A stretch of 64,000 nucleotides of DNA, the filler included, from Jimgerdemannia flammicorona (lineage: Eukaryota): assembly GCA_003990765.1 (NCBI GenBank). It is 3 parts of 3 records of this genome, joined end to end, with 100 filler letters (N's around TTAATTAATTAA, not from the genome) between each part and the next. Parts side by side here need not be neighbours in the genome. Positions count along the whole stretch, not along the records: positions 1 to 21,420 come from RBNJ01001458.1; positions 21,521 to 42,933 come from RBNJ01001459.1; 1 more part is not named here. One strand, 5' to 3'. This document shows positions 12,160 through 26,717 of this stretch, one piece after another; position 1 is the stretch's first letter; each line of letters opens with the position of its first letter. The notes beneath the pieces were generated by a model. That model was not told the origin of the DNA. It was given only the letters and a program-made list of their open reading frames with translations, and searched no databases. Position numbers and translations under genes: made by a program.

Positions 12160-12670
12160 TCACAAAGTCAGTCTCTTTGTAGTGAAGTCAGTCTCTTTTG
12201 ATGTAACTTCATACAAATGAAGCCAGTCTTGATATAACTTTGCCAAGAGAAGAGAATCTATATCATTTACCATTTTTGAGTTATTTACTACTATTCTCAA
12301 AAAGCCCAATCTCTGTTACCAAGCTAGTCTATCTGATACAACTTTACAGTAGACCCAGTCTATGACATAACCCTATGCAAATGAAGCCAGTCTTGACATA
12401 ACTTGCCATAAATCCACATCTGAGCTATTTATATCATCTGAGTTATTATATTATCTCATATTTTCAGAAGAGCTGATTCAGGAAGAATTTATAATATCCA
12501 AGTTATCTGAGTTATCTATGCTATCTGAGTCATTCATCCATTCTCAGTGAGCCCAGTTTAGAAGAATCTGTACTACCTGCTATTCCCAGTGAGTTAATTC
12601 AGAAGAATTAATGCCATCTTCTATTTCCAGTAAGCCCAATTCAGAAGAATCTACCAAATTGAGTTATCTA
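12160..12670 (+). repeat. Degenerate ~30 bp and ~42 bp tandem repeats, possibly the LTR/leader of element E
   Basis: Recurrent GAAGCCAGTCTTGAYATAAC and CAGTGAGCCCARTTCAGAAGAATCT words. Confidence 0.45.
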
Positions 12671-13486
12671 TCAAATTGCATAATAAAGTCCACCAAGATG
12701 GTCATGCAGAGATCACACATTTTTAGAAATACAACTATTATGCATAAGGTGATTGCTATATTATACAGAGATTATTGTACTATATAGAGATCATTATGCA
12801 GAAATCACATACTTTTGGAGATCACTACTTAAGGAAAAAAACTACTAAATTACCAGACTGTTATATATACTATACCATACACACACAAATTGCCACTATA
12901 TTCAGAGAATTATCCCAATAAGGAAATCTGTACAAATTGACCACTATGCAAACAAAGGAACTAGTGTTATATCCAGACTTGGCTATTATACCACTAAATA
13001 CTAAGGACTTCAGAAATCTTAAAATATTTTATTACTTTTTGACAAAGTAACTAGGGGCTTAAGCCAAACTACATCAATCTCTAATCTTGTAATTTATCTC
13101 TATTGAGCCAGGAATATTACATTTGGGGGCTCAACTGAGAAGATTTCAAATCAATGTGACTTTTTGGCTTACAAGAACCCATAGTCAAACTGGATATATT
13201 TGATACAATACCAATCTCTGCTATCACAGAAGAACCAGTCATCACCAGCATTTAGACAAGAAGAGAACTAATCACCTCCAGACTTGCCAACTACCCAGCT
13301 TCAGAGAGATATCACCCAGAAGCTAGTATAGTACAAAATCCTCAGCCCACACTAACAGACTTACTACAGGACCTACCCAACTAACCAGACTACACAGGGA
13401 GCCCTGCCAGAGTTTTTGACAAGCTTGCACATCAACTTGAAGACCTCATTGAATAATCCTGATTCCCTATAGGAGACCCACCAATT

Positions 13487-15681
13487 TTGCCCATTGATCC
13501 TCTATCACTAGTTGCCATAGAACAAGAAGACCAAGAAATAGCTCTATCAAGGATACCTAGACCTATTCCACCTTACTCAAGATCTCCTACACCATCCTTA
13601 GAATATCCAAGTATCCTGAACTCTAGCAACAATTCAGAAAGTAAATCAGAATCAGTATTAAAATTAGAATCAGAATCAGAATCAGATTTAGTGCCAGAAT
13701 TAGAACCAGAACTAGAACCAAAAGACAGTGATGATGAAATGGCCACCCCATTGCCAACCTTTGCAGGATATCCTGAAGAAGACCCAAGAGAATTTCTTGA
13801 TAGAATCGAAGAAATCACAGCTCTGAAAAATCTTTCCTCTAAAAGAAAAATTGCCCTCTACAAGACCCAACTCAGAAAACCAGCCAAAGGAATCTTTATC
13901 TAAGCAAGCAATAATCCAAACTCAGACCTTAGAGCAGCCATTATTGCAGCAACAACCTGGCTAGCAGAGTATCAAGCTATGACCCACTGGCTCATTGAGA
14001 AGTATGCAGGAAATGAGACCCACTACAAGGCTCAAGAATCTATCATTGGAATGAAGATGAACCTTAGAGAATTACTTAGAGCCTTCTTTATAAGATTCCA
14101 GAAGAGAATGTATATAGCTGGGTTCAATGCTACCAACCAAGATACTATAGGTTCAATGACCTTCATAAATGAAATTCTGCCCAAAATTGTCCAGCATATC
14201 CACACCTTAGGCATCAGAAGGGCTGAAGAATAAGTAGATACAGTCTAAGGATTTTTCAAGTCAGATAAGGAACTACCTGAAGTGACTATGACAAGAAAGG
14301 TGACAAAGAAGACATCCTGGTCAAAGCTCTATAAGGACTCCTCTAAGGACAGGAAAGATCTGAAGAAAGAAGACCAGCCAAAGAAGGAAAGAAAAATAGA
14401 AGTGAAATTTAAGACCTCAGCTCTGAGTTGGACCATTTGGTTGAACAGATTAAATGACTGACCAGATGCAAAAATTGAAGTTATCAATAAGACAACAGAG
14501 GATATCCACCACAGAGAAACTAAGGTTATCTATCTAGAGATAACAGAAGCTACCAACAAGATGAAAGAAGATACTCTGTCTGAGACAGAGCCCAAGTTCA
14601 ATGCTTTTACTGTGGATAATTCAGACACTATACTACTGAATGTGACAATAAAAGAAGTGACTGAAGGGACTCAGAACCACCAAACTGAAAGAATGACACC
14701 CTATATCCCACTCTGTTGAGGATTTTGAAGAAGAAAGCAACAGTGAAGACTACAGTGACCTGGACTTATACCCAGTCAAAGTCATTATGCAAAAGACAGT
14801 CTACCCAGTAGAGAAAAGAAAGAAACCTATAGGAAGACCATCCAGAAATAGCAGTAGAAGAATTGTCCAAGAAGAAGATGAAGAACATGAAGAGGAGCAA
14901 TTGGAAACACCCCCTAGGTCTCTCTCATCTTTTGTTCCTGAAACAAATGAACTGTCCCCAGAAGATGAAGAAATAGAGCAAAAAGAATAAAAACTGTCAA
15001 CCAAAGTCCAAGAAGAAGTACACTCTGAAGACCATGCCCAGAGATATCTACATTGAAGCCTGGCAGAAGATTCAAGAAGCTAAGATGGAAGTCTCTCTCC
15101 TGTAGTTCCAGCAACTGATATCAGCTGGAGTCTGAAACAAACTGCTAAGAACCACCAGGTCTAGCACTAACTGAGTCTCAATCCCACAGTAAGAACTAGC
15201 TTCCACCCCTATTCAGACTGCAGAAAGGTTATCAGTACCTATCTATATAGAGATATTGGAGAACAAAAGGTGAAAATTCTCATAGATACAGGAGCAGCTA
15301 TCTGTATCATTGCTAAATGATTTCTGAATACCCTTTAATAACTCATTGATAGACTATCTAACCTTAGTATCATAGTAACAGATGGAGCCTGAACTCAACC
15401 CCTTGGAGAAGTATGAAACATTATTATCTCCCTTAGACACATTCAGTTCCCCATTCCTAAAGCTGTTGTCACTGAAGCTGTTATCTATAACATGATCCTT
15501 GGTACTAACTGGATGAAGAAAATGAATTCAGTTGTTGATATCAGTCAATAAGTACTCAAGTTTGACTACTGAGGTAAGAAGTATAGGGTTAAGGTGACTA
15601 ATTATGAGCAATCAAAGAAGAAAAAGAAGGTCACCATCCAGGAAGAATATGCTAGTAGTGAAGACAGATCTTTCACCAGTA
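13487..15681 (+). pseudogene. Older Ty3/gypsy gag-protease remnant (element E), interrupted by a LINE
   Basis: PTFAGYPEEDPREFL capsid start, CFYCG..H...EC knuckle near 14600, ILIDTGAAICII protease near 15280; many stops. Confidence 0.8.
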
Positions 15682-15749
15682 CCATTCAGGTGACACAAGA
15701 CTTTGGCAACACTTTTCTCAACATTTTTTGGTGACAGACAACTATCAAC

Positions 15750-17650
15750 ATGGATGGCAATGATCAATCTGGTGAGCGTGCTGGCCAGAGAGGTGATAGT
15801 GCCTTTGGCTGGCAGCAGGTAGGGAGGAGGGGAGATGGTTTGGGGATGCTGGGGGCCTCAATGGCCAGCCGAGGCACTGGCAGCAGAGGGAGGGGTGGCT
15901 TGAGGCAGCAAGGAGGGGAGTGGTCAACCTTCACAGACAAGGTCAAGATGGGGAGGATGGCCTCAGGTCTGGATGGCTGGCTGGGTCTAGGGACAACATT
16001 GACAGCTGCTGCTGGGAGACAGGGTGGAGTACCTGGGGGAGTGTCTGGTAGTAGGGGAGGCAGGGGCATAGGGGTGGGAGATGTGACTGCTGATGGGGTG
16101 GTAACTAGGGATCTGGCAAAAAATCCAGATGTGACAGTAGCTGCCATTTCAGAACAGGGGGTGGGCACAAGGCCTGGAGACCTGATAGATGGGGTGATGG
16201 GCATGGTGTCAGTACTGTTACTCAAAAAATCGAGGTTAGAATTCACAGTCACAATGTGTTTCAGGGGCTTAGCAGTGATAGCGAGGATGATCCTGGGGCT
16301 GGTGGCACAGGAGGTAAAAGGTGCAGCTTTGGTGAAGTTTTTGAAGGGGAAAGAAGGGGTTGAGGTGGAGTTTGAGGAAGAGGAAGCATTGCTGGTGGCC
16401 ATGGAGAAGGGGGTGACAGTGGGCAGGGTTGTGGTCCCTATGGCCAGGTGTATGTACTGGGACCCCCAAGTGGTGCAGTTGACAGTTTTGGATCTTCTGA
16501 TGGTGTCAAAGAAGAGGGCTGGAGAGTTGATTGTAGAGGTGGTCAAGGAATATGGAAAGATTGTGGATATTGGGTTTAAGGTCTGGGAGGGTACCAAGCT
16601 CCAGACAGGTGATGTCAATGTCAGGGTATGATTGGCTGAAAAGGAGAACATGGGGAAGGCGAGGGACTGGCCAGCAACACTGAGGTGGGGACCAGTGGAG
16701 TGCAGGATCACAAGGGTGAAGGGGACTCTGGAGGAGGAGGAGGACTTACTTGAGGTGCTGGAGGATCTGGAAGAGGCAGTCGAGAGGAGGAGAGTGGTGT
16801 GGAGAGAGTACGTGGCCAGAATGGTGGTGGAGGAAGTAGATGGAAAGAGGGTCAGGATGGATTGGGTGGCCTGAGAGAAGATGCAGGAGAGAAAAATTCA
16901 GAAGGAGCTGCTGGCAACATTGGGTGGGGGTGGAGCAAGTGGTAGTATGAGAGGTGGAAACTTGGAATTGAGGGAGAGTGCCTGGGCTGGGGAGAGTGGA
17001 TCAGCCCAAGGTGGGGCTCAGCATAGATTGGGAGAGGCAAGGGAAGGTGGTGGAGAGGCTGATGCTGAAATGAGCAAAGGAGTACACCTGCAATATAGTG
17101 CCCCAGGAGAGGGAGGGGAGGAGGAGTTGCTGGATATCCCAGAGGAGGAGTGAGATGAGTCAGAGAGGAGGAGTGCCCTGGTGGACCATGAGGTGGAGGG
17201 GGGACAGATCACCCAGGGTGTGGCAGAGGCAGTGGATGAGGAGAAGTGGCTGTGGAAGATGTTGGAAGGGGTGGCAGCTGAGGAGCTAGGAGGAGAGGAC
17301 TTCTGGGTTATGGAAGAGAGGCATTGGGAGGAGATCCTTTGGGGGGAGGAGGTACCGAGGAAGGTGAGGAATGAGATCCTGGCAGTCCTCTTGGAGTCAG
17401 TCGAATACCAAGTCAGTGATCAGTGGAAGGAGGAACTTAGAGGGATTGCGAATGACAGAGCGGCATTCTTGTGGAACTCGAGAAAGAGATTGGAGAAGTG
17501 GTGTGCAGTCTGTAGGGACTACCAGTCAGAGATGGAGGTGGTGGATGGGGTGGAATGTTAGGAGATTTTGGAGGCATTGGATACCCAGGCTGTTGTGGAG
17601 GATGACCTAGAAGCCGAGAGGCATTTGGATCTGGCTGGGGATGAGATGAG
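15750..17650 (+). pseudogene. LINE ORF1
   Basis: 293 aa ORF plus in-frame continuations, homologous to 49733-50785. Confidence 0.75.
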
Positions 17651-17694
17651 CATGGAATACTAGGATGGGACCTCAACTGCAATTATTTTTCAAT

Positions 17695-20600
17695 ATGAAC
17701 AGTATAATCAGGATTTTTTCTTTGAACATAAATGGACTATGGAGAGTGACAAGGAGAAAGTACATATTTGGTTGGCTAAAGGGACTGGATGCAGATCTCT
17801 TTTTGCTACAGGATGTTCATTATAAGGTGGGTGTGAACTTACAGGATTGGACCAAGGAATGGGGGGGGGGCTGCAGTATGGATGGAGAGGGTGGGTATCC
17901 TCATTCAGAAAGGGATGGGGGACATTGGGGACATTGGACATTGGGGGTCTCGGTTGGTGTGGAGAGTGTGGAGGCAGCCTGGATGGAGTCTGTTGACAGT
18001 GGGGTCTATTTATTGCCCAGCTGAGAGAGGGGAGTAGGTGGATTGAATTTGCGGGTTAAAGGAGGCTGGTGTCTTAGGAGAGGCTGGGCTGGAGTGTTTA
18101 GGGGGTGACTTCAACATGGTGCGAGACAAGGAGATGGACAGGACAGATGGAGGGAGAGGAATGGGTGGATTGGATGACTGGTTGGAGCTAGAGAGGTTGA
18201 GTTCTCTGGTGGATTCAGGGAGACAGTTTTGGGATGTTCATTGGATTTATACACATTGGGTGGCAGGATTGGGCTCCAGAATTAACTGGATTATAATGGC
18301 CAATTGTTGGGGAGTAGATGTCTGGAATATGCTGGAGGTGGTTTGGTGTCCATGGTCTGACCACTGGGGGCTGCTAGGAGGGGAGAGGTTTGGGGGTAAG
18401 GAGGATGGGCCTGGACATTGGCACTTAAATTCTTCTCTGTTGGAGGATAGGGGTTTGTGGACAGACTGGGAGAAGGAGGTTATTGGGAACATTGGAAGGT
18501 GGCAGGACCAGGGTCTCGGGATTGGGGACTGCTGGAGGAGGCTGAAGGTGAATGCTCAGGGGTACTGGAGGGAGGCTGGAAAAGGAAGGTGTACCCAATG
18601 GCAGCAGAGGGTGTTATGGGCATCATGGCATTTGGCAGCACTCATAGAGTGATGGGTGGGTGTGCTGGAAGATTGGGAGGTGACCAACTGGCATGTTGTA
18701 AGGATCTAGAAGAAAGTTGTGGAACTTCAAAAAGTGCTACATCGGGAGGAGGAGGAGAGGTTGTAGGGGATGGTGGCATGGCTATGGTGGCAAGGGCTGG
18801 AGGAGGGGGAGAGGCCTACTAGGTTTCTATCATGGATGCTTCAGGCATGATGAACGAAGCAGCAGTAGGAGGGAGTTCTGGATGTGGATGGGGAGCTGGT
18901 GGTGGGGATGCTAGTGATTCTAAGATTGCTGTGAACCTATTGGGAGAGTCTATCGAGTGAAGAGGAGGGCAGAGTGGATGCCTTGGACATTGAAAGGCAG
19001 CTGAGAGATTGGCATCCAGACTCCGCAATGGGCCTGGGGACTTTGGGAGACCCAGTGAGCAGAGAGGAAATTGGTAGGGTCCTGGCTACAACCAGCAAGG
19101 GGATGGCTCCAGGGGAGGATGGTCCCTCCTGGGACTTTTGGAAGAGGATGGCTGGGGTGGGCGTGGTGATGGAGGAAATGGCAGATATGTATGGGGAGGT
19201 TCTTAGGTCAGAAACTTGGATTGGGGGCCAGTGCCTGGGGCTGGTCTCCTTGCTCTACAAGAATAAGAGGAGGAGGGAAGATTGGAAGAACTGGCAGCTG
19301 ATCATGCTACTCAACATGGACTGCAAGCTGGTGATGAAGATATTGGTGATGAGGCTGCAAGGTATTGCTCAACAAGTGCTTGGTGTAGAGTAACGTGGAT
19401 TTGTCAGTGGCCAGTTGATCTGTGATGGGACAGTGTGGGTACATGGCATGATTGAGAGTACCCAGGCTGCAGGGGTGGATGGCTGGTTGGTCTTCTTGGA
19501 TCAGGAGAAGGCATATGATAGAGTACAGTGATGTTGGCTGAAGGGAGTATTGAAGTAGATTGGTATTCCCCCAGGGGTTTGTAGGTCATTGATTGGCCTT
19601 TTGGAGAACAGTCAGGCTGCATTGGTTATCAATAGCCACAGGGGGGTGGCATTTCCACTCGGCTGTAGGGTGCCGCAAGGGGACCCTTTGTCACCCATCT
19701 TGTATGCCCTCTCCCTGGAACCCTTACTGGATAGGATCCAGCATCATATTGGGAGTTTGGACATTCTAGGGATAAATTGGAAGGTGGGGGTCTTTGCAGA
19801 TAACATAGTGGTTGGACTGGGTTCATTGATGGATATTGAGGAATTATAACAATTGGTGGAAAGGTATAAGAGGGGCTCTGGTGCTAAGCTCAATTGGCAC
19901 AAGTGTGAGACTTTGGTGCTAGGTGGTGGAATCATTGGTGGTGATGTGATTGGGAAGATAGTACCAGCAGGTGAGCTGGTGCAGTACTTGGGGATCTACT
20001 TCTCGGTATATGGGTCTCTCCTTCTCTGGGCATAGTGGGATTGGCAACTTCTGGAGTGGGGAAATATGCTCTTGAGGTGGGGGAGATGGAATATGTCCCT
20101 GGTGGGGAGAGTGATGGTGCTGAATGTGTATTGGCTGCCAAAGCTGTGGTATGTTGGATACCACCTGGACTTTCTAGCTTGGGTGATCAGGGGGCTGTTG
20201 AAGATGGCAAAATCATGGATCTGGGGGGGCCAGTGAAGTCAGATTGGTTGGGAAATGCTCACCTACTGGTGGAAAGAGGTGGGCTGGGTTTAGTGGACTT
20301 CACCAAGTGGCTTCACTGTTTAAGGGCCTGGTGGCTGTAGAGGACAAGTGAGCTGAGAGGGCAGGAATGGGTACCACTCATGTGGCAGATATGGGAGGTC
20401 TGGTATTCCCCTCATGGTGACTCTGGTGACCTGCTTGTGATGGTGGCCATAGATGGGAGCCAGAGGATCAATATAAGGGCTTTTGGTGGGGGGTGGTGGA
20501 TGGTGCTAGGAGAATTGGACTTCAGTAGCAGGGTGGGGAAGGAGAGGAGGACTGGGGACCACAGATGTAGTGGTGGGACAGACTTCTGCGGGATGGTGTC

Positions 20601-21330
20601 TTGGTGGAGGACTTCCAGCTTAGTGAGGATATGGAGTGTTTGTGGGGCTTGGGTGGTGACCTTTGGTCTGAAGTCTGGCAGAGGGTCAGGATTGGTGAGA
20701 AGTGGGACTGGAATGGGCTTTGGCATTGGAGCAAGCAGGTGATGCAGTGGCTGCCCCCCAAGTTCTGGGTGATATGGTGGCAGGTCCTTCAGCAGAATGT
20801 GATATTGAACTATTGGTCTGGGCACCTGGTGGATGGGGGCACCTTTGAGTGTGAAGAATGTTTCAATGTTGGTCAGGAGGGAGGAGTGGTTCAAACATCT
20901 GAACATTGGCTTGCTGAGTACAATGTGTTGGGGGCATTTTGGGGACATATCATGGACCAGTTAGGGATGTGAGCCCTAGAGGGAGGGGCTGGGGGGAGAT
21001 GGGGAGAGCTCTGCTGAAGGCTGGTCAGTGGGGTTGGGGATGAATGGCTGATGCTTGGCTGGGCTCTGGCTATATGGGTGGGGATGGCTGGGCATTGGGT
21101 GCATGTATTTGAGGAGGGTGATCAGGTTGGGGTTGGGGATAAGGTTGTGCATTGGGAATGGTTATTACTGGACATTTTGAATGGCTGGTGGCAGGGGTGG
21201 GGGCCAGGTGGGGGGAGCTGCAGAGATTTGGTACAGTGTATTTCATAGAAAAGTGACAGAAGAATTCAAGTGGTGGGTGGCTGGGTTGTCCTCAGGCAGG
21301 AGGGTATCGAGGAGGGTGAAATAGGTCTGA
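17695..21330 (+). pseudogene. LINE ORF2 (AP endonuclease, RT, C-terminal Cys motif)
   Basis: APE and RT motifs, and CEEC...EH near the C-terminus; frameshifted. Confidence 0.85.
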
Positions 21331-21420
21331 GGGGTATTGGTTGAAGGGTTGGGGTGATATTGTATCATTATTATTATAGATAGTGGTAATAAAGGGCAGT
21401 CTAAGTGACTATAAAAAAAA

Positions 21421-21520
21421 NNNNNNNNNNNNNNNNNNNNNNNNNNNNNNNNNNNNNNNNNNNNTTAATTAATTAANNNNNNNNNNNNNNNNNNNNNNNN
21501 NNNNNNNNNNNNNNNNNNNN
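21421..21520. other. Assembly gap with TTAATTAATTAA linker
   Basis: N-run containing a six-frame-stop linker; identical construct at 42934-43033. Confidence 0.95.
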
Positions 21521-22880
21521 TTTTTTTTTTAAAGTCACTTGGACTCTACCATTTATTACCCATCTATTAATAATTTTACAGTTCACCCTCCCACTACCCA
21601 ATCCCCATAGGGGTACCACTCCTCCTACCTACATAAACAAAGACCACTTTCTCACCCACAACACCAACCCCCCCCCTGCTCTGCCTACAGATTTGTTCTA
21701 TCAAATGATGCCTTTGACCTCTCTTCAACCCCCAACCAAGCCACCAGCCCATCAAAGTGTCTTCTATAAGGCTCCGCCATCTCAGTAGCCTGACCTCAGA
21801 GCCAAGTTTCCTCCTATCCTCAAAAACAAATAACCAGTGACTGGTCAGCTCCACCCAAATGGTCAAAGCCCAACCTAACGTCAGCCATTCCTTCCCCACC
21901 CCTTCCTCCAGTCTGCTCCGTAAATCCTCCCATCACCCCTGCATGTCAGCTCTCCTACACACTACTCCCAAATGATCCCCAATATTCTGCCAAAAGGTAC
22001 TAAGTACCTCACACTCTCCTAGCCAATGTTCAGGCATCTGTACATATTCCCCTTCCTGCTCTATATTATAACACTCTTCACAGTCGAAGCAGCCTCTCTT
22101 GATAAGGTGACCAGAGTGGAAGTTGAGCATGACATTTTGCCTTAGTACATGCTATCAGACCACCTAGTACTTTGGCAGTAGCCACCTCCTCACCTTGGCA
22201 CTCCAGGCCCAAATGCTATGCCAGTCCCACTCCTTACCGATTCCTACTCCCTGCCAACTGCTAGGCCACAGATCTGGGTCTGGTCCCCATTGGCATTTGA
22301 TCTCATCCCCAATGTCAAACTCAATTAAGGGAATGCCACCTAGTAACACTCAGTCCCATCTCCACATTGCTGGGTCCCAAGCCTCCTCCCCTTCATTTCT
22401 CTTTCACCTAATTTCAATGTGGCATACCCCCTCCACCACTCTCCACCAGAAGCCTTTGTATCGCAATTATCTGGAGTTCTGAAGGCCCACAAATGCAAGG
22501 AGATCACCAGTCGAACCCCTCAGAGAGGACCTTATCTCCCGGACTTTCTGCAGTAGGGGAACCCAACTACCCCCTCTCAACTCCACTGCTCTCTTCAGCT
22601 ACCATACTCTCAAACAGTACAGCCTCTTAGGAAAGTCAACCAGCCCAAGTCCCCCACTCACCACCAGTAAGGACAAGACCTCCCAGCTGATCTGACTCCA
22701 CCTTCCAGCCCAGATCCACCCCTTGGCCAGCTTCATCAATCATTTCACCACCCAAGCTGGGAAGTCCAGATAATAAGCCAGATACCATACCTTCGGCAGC
22801 CAATAGACATTCAGAATTGAAACATATTCTGCCAGAGACAATTGGTGGCCCCTCTAACTCTACAGGGCCTCCTCCCAAAT
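21521..22880 (-). mobile_element. 5'-truncated LINE (3' part of ORF2 and poly(A))
   Basis: Poly(T) at 21521; CFDCEEC...EHWLGEC; 3' end motif shared with the other LINEs. Confidence 0.85.
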
Positions 22881-25800
22881 GCCAACCTGCTAAAATGATC
22901 TATGTCACAGCAGTTAGTATACAAGCTACTCCTCTAAGCAAGATTCAAGAAGTTTCCATCAAGATAGAAGGAGTTACCATCTCAGTAGATGTGATTATTA
23001 TAAGTACCACTAACTATGATATCCTTATTGGCAATCAATGGCTTCATAAGGCCAAGGCTATTATTAACCTCAATGCTTAGAAGATATAGATCAACTATAG
23101 AGGAAGAAAGGTATGAGTCTCTATCAATATCTACAAAGAAGTACTACCAGACATAGAGAAAGGAGATGAAGAAGACACAGAAGTCTTTATACACTCAGTA
23201 TACAAGAACAAGAGCAAGATACCTAAGCTCACAGATGAGCAGTGGTACAACAAGATCATTGATGGATATGCCCCTCAAGGAAGATGCCCCCATAGTACCA
23301 GAATATACTGCTCTGAAAACCTGAATGACTGCTGGTTCTGTATCAGTGAAGTCAGGAAAATCTGCAAACAAAAGTATGAGCAAGAAGCTGCTGAAGCAAA
23401 AAGAAAAGCTAAAAATGACCAGTCTCTAGAGCTTCAAGCTGATAGTGATGATGAGGAGGAATAAGAACCAGACATTACTCTCAAGGTCAAGAAGTTTCAC
23501 CCTGAAGTCAAGATCCCAGAATACAAGACTGAAGGAGTCATAGGAATGGAACTTGCTAGCATTCAAGATGCTATCCTCAAACCATAGACCACCACTTTAC
23601 TTGGCACTGGAATTGGAGTCAAGTTGCCAGAGAACTATATTAGAATTATCAAGACCAGGAGCAGTCTGGCCAAAAGTGAAATCTCAGTTAAAGGAGGAGT
23701 AATTGACTATGATTACACTAGTGAGATCTTTCTTATAATCAGGAATCATAACTCTACCACCCCATTCAAAGTCAAGAAACATAACAGAATTGGCCATACT
23801 GATCCATAAAGTCAAGAAGCCCAAGATCACCAAAGCCATTAGACTCATCAAGACTAAGAAAGAAGAACAAGGTTTTGGATCTACTGGAAGAGAAGCCTAT
23901 GCTGCTACTAAGATTACCAAACTTGAGCATAAGAAAGACAAGGATCAGAACAAGCACATATATATTATTGGAGAAAACATTTCTCTAGAAGAACAACTTC
24001 TCATAATTTTACATCAGAATGAAAAAGTACTTACCACAGACTTCAGGGACATTCATAATTAAGAACCCAAGTACTACTATGAAGTTGATATCAGTGATAC
24101 CAAGCCCATCTACCAGAAAGCCAAACCTATACCACCTGCCTAAGAGAATGGCTATAAGCAGGACTTAAGGAAATGGAAGAAGCTGGAATCATCAAGTAAG
24201 CTATCAGTCCCTGGGCTTCACTCATTGTCCTTACCTCAAAGAAAGGAAGCAAGCCTGGAGAGTTTGCCCCAAGACTCTACATTGATTACAGAAAGCTCAA
24301 TACAATCACCAAGAAGGATAGATAGCTCTTATCAAATATTCAAGAAATTCTTACTATCCTTGAAAGTGAAGCCAAATACTACACTATCTTGGATCTGTTC
24401 TTGGACTTTCATCAGATTGGTCTCACTCAAGATACTAGTGAGAAATCAGCCTTCATCACATCTGATGCCACCTATGTCTAACTGTGAATGCCATTTGGAA
24501 TATGCAATACCCTAGTAAATTTTTAGTGAATGATGAACAGAATCTTCAGCAATGAGATTAGAAAATAGCTCTTTATCTATGTTGATGATATAATCATCTT
24601 CAGCAATATTGTATAGAAACATGTCAACCATATATAGCTAGCTCTCAAGAAGCTCAAGGAGTATGGCCTCTACATTAAGCCCAAGAAGTACAAGTTTGTA
24701 GCTCAGGAAATCACCTACCTAGGACACCTCATCAACTGGAATTCATATAGACCCTATGAAGATTGAGAATGTTGCAGCCTACCCAAGATCCAGAACAACT
24801 ACAGAAGTTCATATCTCCCTTAGACTGGCCTCCTACTATAGAAGATTTATCAAAGGATACTCTAATATTAAAGCACCTATCTATGAGCTACTGAAGAAGG
24901 AGACTAATTTGAATAGACCAAAGAATATCAAGAAATCTTCAATGAACTCAAGACCAGATTGACTCAAGCACACATCCTTAGAGACCAGATTGGAACCTAG
25001 AGTTCATCTTACAGACAGATACAAGTACTATAGAACTTAGAGCAGTCCTAGCTCAGACAAAAGATAGATATAAATATATCATCTCCTATATAAGCTGAGA
25101 TACCTATAAAGCAGAACAGAACTATGAGTCATGTAAGCTTAAATGCTTAGCAGTAGTTTGGGCAGTAGACAAGTTCCACTACTATCTAGCTAGGAAATAC
25201 TTCACTATTCAAACAGATCATTCTACTCTTGCCTAGCTATTCCACACTCTGAACTCTAAAGAAATATATACCAGATATATCTATAGGCTATAAGAGTATA
25301 ACTATACTATCAAGCACTGCTCAGAAAGAACCAATGTCAATACTGATATACTCTCAAGAATACTCTAAAACACTCCCATCAAGACTATTCAATATAAATA
25401 AGGAGCTATACTATGGATTAATTAGCTATCTTGGGTAGCAGAAGATATCTAACTATCTTGAACTCTGGACTATCACTATCATCAACTAGACTTGGAAACA
25501 ATTTGAACTAGACAATACCACATTCAGAAAAGGAGAAAAGATTATAATATCTAAATACAAGAAGTATCAAGTAATGAAGGAAGTATACAAACAAGGATAC
25601 CTAGGAGGAATTAACATATATGACAAGGCAAGAAGAATCATATAGTGGCCCAAGATAGAAGAAAACCTGTACCAATTTGTCAAAGAGTGTAATAAGTGCT
25701 AAAAACACAAATAAGATCAGCAAGACCAGGTATCTAGGTCATTAAGAATTGAGCCTATCCCCTTCCACCACATCACAATAGATATCATTGAACCACTATC

Positions 25801-26675
25801 AGTAATACTATCAGAAAACCACTAATTATAGTTATTATAGACCTTTTTACCAAATGGATAGAAGCAGAAGCATTACAAGAAGCCAATGCTCTCTCTATAG
25901 CTAACTTCTTATACTAAGAAATTATCTGCCACTACAAGACACTAAGACAAATCATTACAGACTATGGTACAGAATTTGTCAAATAGATTCTATGAGATAA
26001 TATATCAGAAATATAAGATTCAGTATATCAAGACCACCATGTACTACTCTCAAGAAAATAGACAGATAGAGAGAACCAATAAGACCCTCAAGAATATCCT
26101 GGTGAAGATCTCAGACATATATAATAATTGAGATAACTACCTCCCAACTACCCTCTCTATCTTATAAGACATATAGTCACAGAGTACACACTTTATCCTG
26201 AGAGAGCTGCTCTTTAGAGAAGAAGATTCTGATAGAACCTCAGCCACAAATCTAGACCTAACATAGAGATGAATTGACTCAGAAATCCAGAGACTATACC
26301 AAATCAGGAAGAAGGCTGAAGATTACATTATTAAGTCATAAGTGCTAATAAGGAAGAATATAGAAAAGAATCACAAGACCCTAGAACCCATCTAAATTAG
26401 AGAAAAGGTCTTACTATATTAAAATATGATAGAAGTCTCATGGTTACAAAAACTGGAGCTCAAATGAGAAGGACCCTTCTATGTGTAAAATATCAAGAGA
26501 ACTACCTTCTGCCTTAGAAAACTCTTAGGGGCTATACTGCCTACTATGGTATACAGGAACAGATCCATAAACTTATACAAGAAAAGCAAAACATGATGAC
26601 TGCCCAGAGGTTCTAGTCTATGAATTGTAATAGCATGTCTTGTAACTAGTAGGTAATCTGTCTAGACCATTCTCT

Positions 26676-26717
<42 letters not shown>

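Larger units (their letters stand above)
15682..21420 (+). mobile_element. L1/Tx1-like non-LTR retrotransposon, near full length, degenerate (5' boundary approximate)
   Basis: ORF1 from 15750; ORF2 with APE motifs SLNINGL, GGDFN, SDH and RT motifs QGDPLSPILY, FADN, GGLGL; AATAAA and poly(A) at the gap. Confidence 0.9.

Noticed and set aside
15764..16711. Long ORFs antisense to LINE and pol genes (also 48770-49630, 59522-60229, 2508-3005)
   Set aside because: Shadow frames caused by strand-skewed composition.
21466..21477. TTAATTAATTAA palindrome within Ns (also 42978-42989)
   Set aside because: Artificial six-frame-stop linker; adjacency across these gaps is not trustworthy.
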